This document shows positions 63,763 to 64,000 of a stretch of DNA of 64,000 nt, piece after piece. The stretch covers positions 992,001-1,056,000 of the forward strand of contig AP026130.1 in assembly GCA_030295235.1 (NCBI GenBank), in the 5' to 3' direction. Each line of letters starts with the position of its first letter. Position 1 is the first letter of the stretch. The position numbers and the translations under genes were made by a program. This DNA comes from Fistulifera solaris. Its lineage: Eukaryota. The notes beneath the pieces are model-generated. The model was not told the DNA's origin. It did not search any database and saw only the letters and a list, made by a program, of their open reading frames with translations.

Positions 63763-64000
63763 CTATAATTCGGAGTCCTCTAACCAGCGGACAATGGCAG
63801 ACACTGTTTCGTCTGCCTCGGTATAGCGCAGCCCTTCCTTCGCCGCATCGGCGCCCAAAATATCTTCTATTCGTTTTGCCAGCTCTAGCGGTGGCGCAAT
63901 CAGAGGCGCAGCATGCCCTCCTAGTAAATCTCGCCGTTGTACGTCGATATCAACCATCATTGGCCGCTTCATGGCAGCAGATTTGCCCGGCTGCTTGTAG
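63763..64000 (-). CDS. C-terminal fragment of a gene running off the window, possibly an alpha/beta-hydrolase
   Basis: Open frame to the window edge; LLGGHAAP motif then a terminal helix ..VSAIVRWL. Confidence 0.45.
   Translation of the reverse strand, partial: YKQPGKSAAMKRPMMVDIDVQRRDLLGGHAAPLIAPPLELAKRIEDILGADAAKEGLRYTEADETVSAIVRWLEDSEL

Overview
This is a gene-dense eukaryotic nuclear window, almost certainly from a diatom. Supporting signs are short GT-AG introns (~55-95 nt), bipartite signal+'AF' plastid presequences, secreted SET-domain proteins and a bHLH-PAS factor. About 30 protein genes are supportable, including two tandem ABCG transporters, an SPF30-like protein, a PMR1/SPCA-type P-ATPase, bHLH-PAS, a UBR-box/2OG-Fe(II) oxygenase, LIS1, two secreted SET proteins, thioredoxin, an FN3-nucleoredoxin, a twin-CX9C protein, RAE1, an MST/Hippo-like kinase, RTCA, ZDS, a DCC oxidoreductase, TOR, a GT32 glycosyltransferase and an ankyrin protein. 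Many genes carry single-base frameshifts, mostly in homopolymer runs, best explained as long-read assembly errors. The most notable observations are: (1) a predicted 2-nt microexon (GG, 53204-53205) between two canonical introns that supplies the Trp-Asp of the TOR FRB domain and whose skipping creates a stop; (2) two related arrays of a 13-bp quasi-palindrome (CCAGAA[A/T]TTCTGG) phased at ~52 bp with modular spacers; (3) a ~220-bp tandem array ending at a dispersed ~55-bp hairpin element found five times in intergenic DNA; (4) unusual domain architectures (UBR box + dioxygenase, FN3 + nucleoredoxin, SARAH-like tail on the kinase). All calls are by eye; no searches were run.
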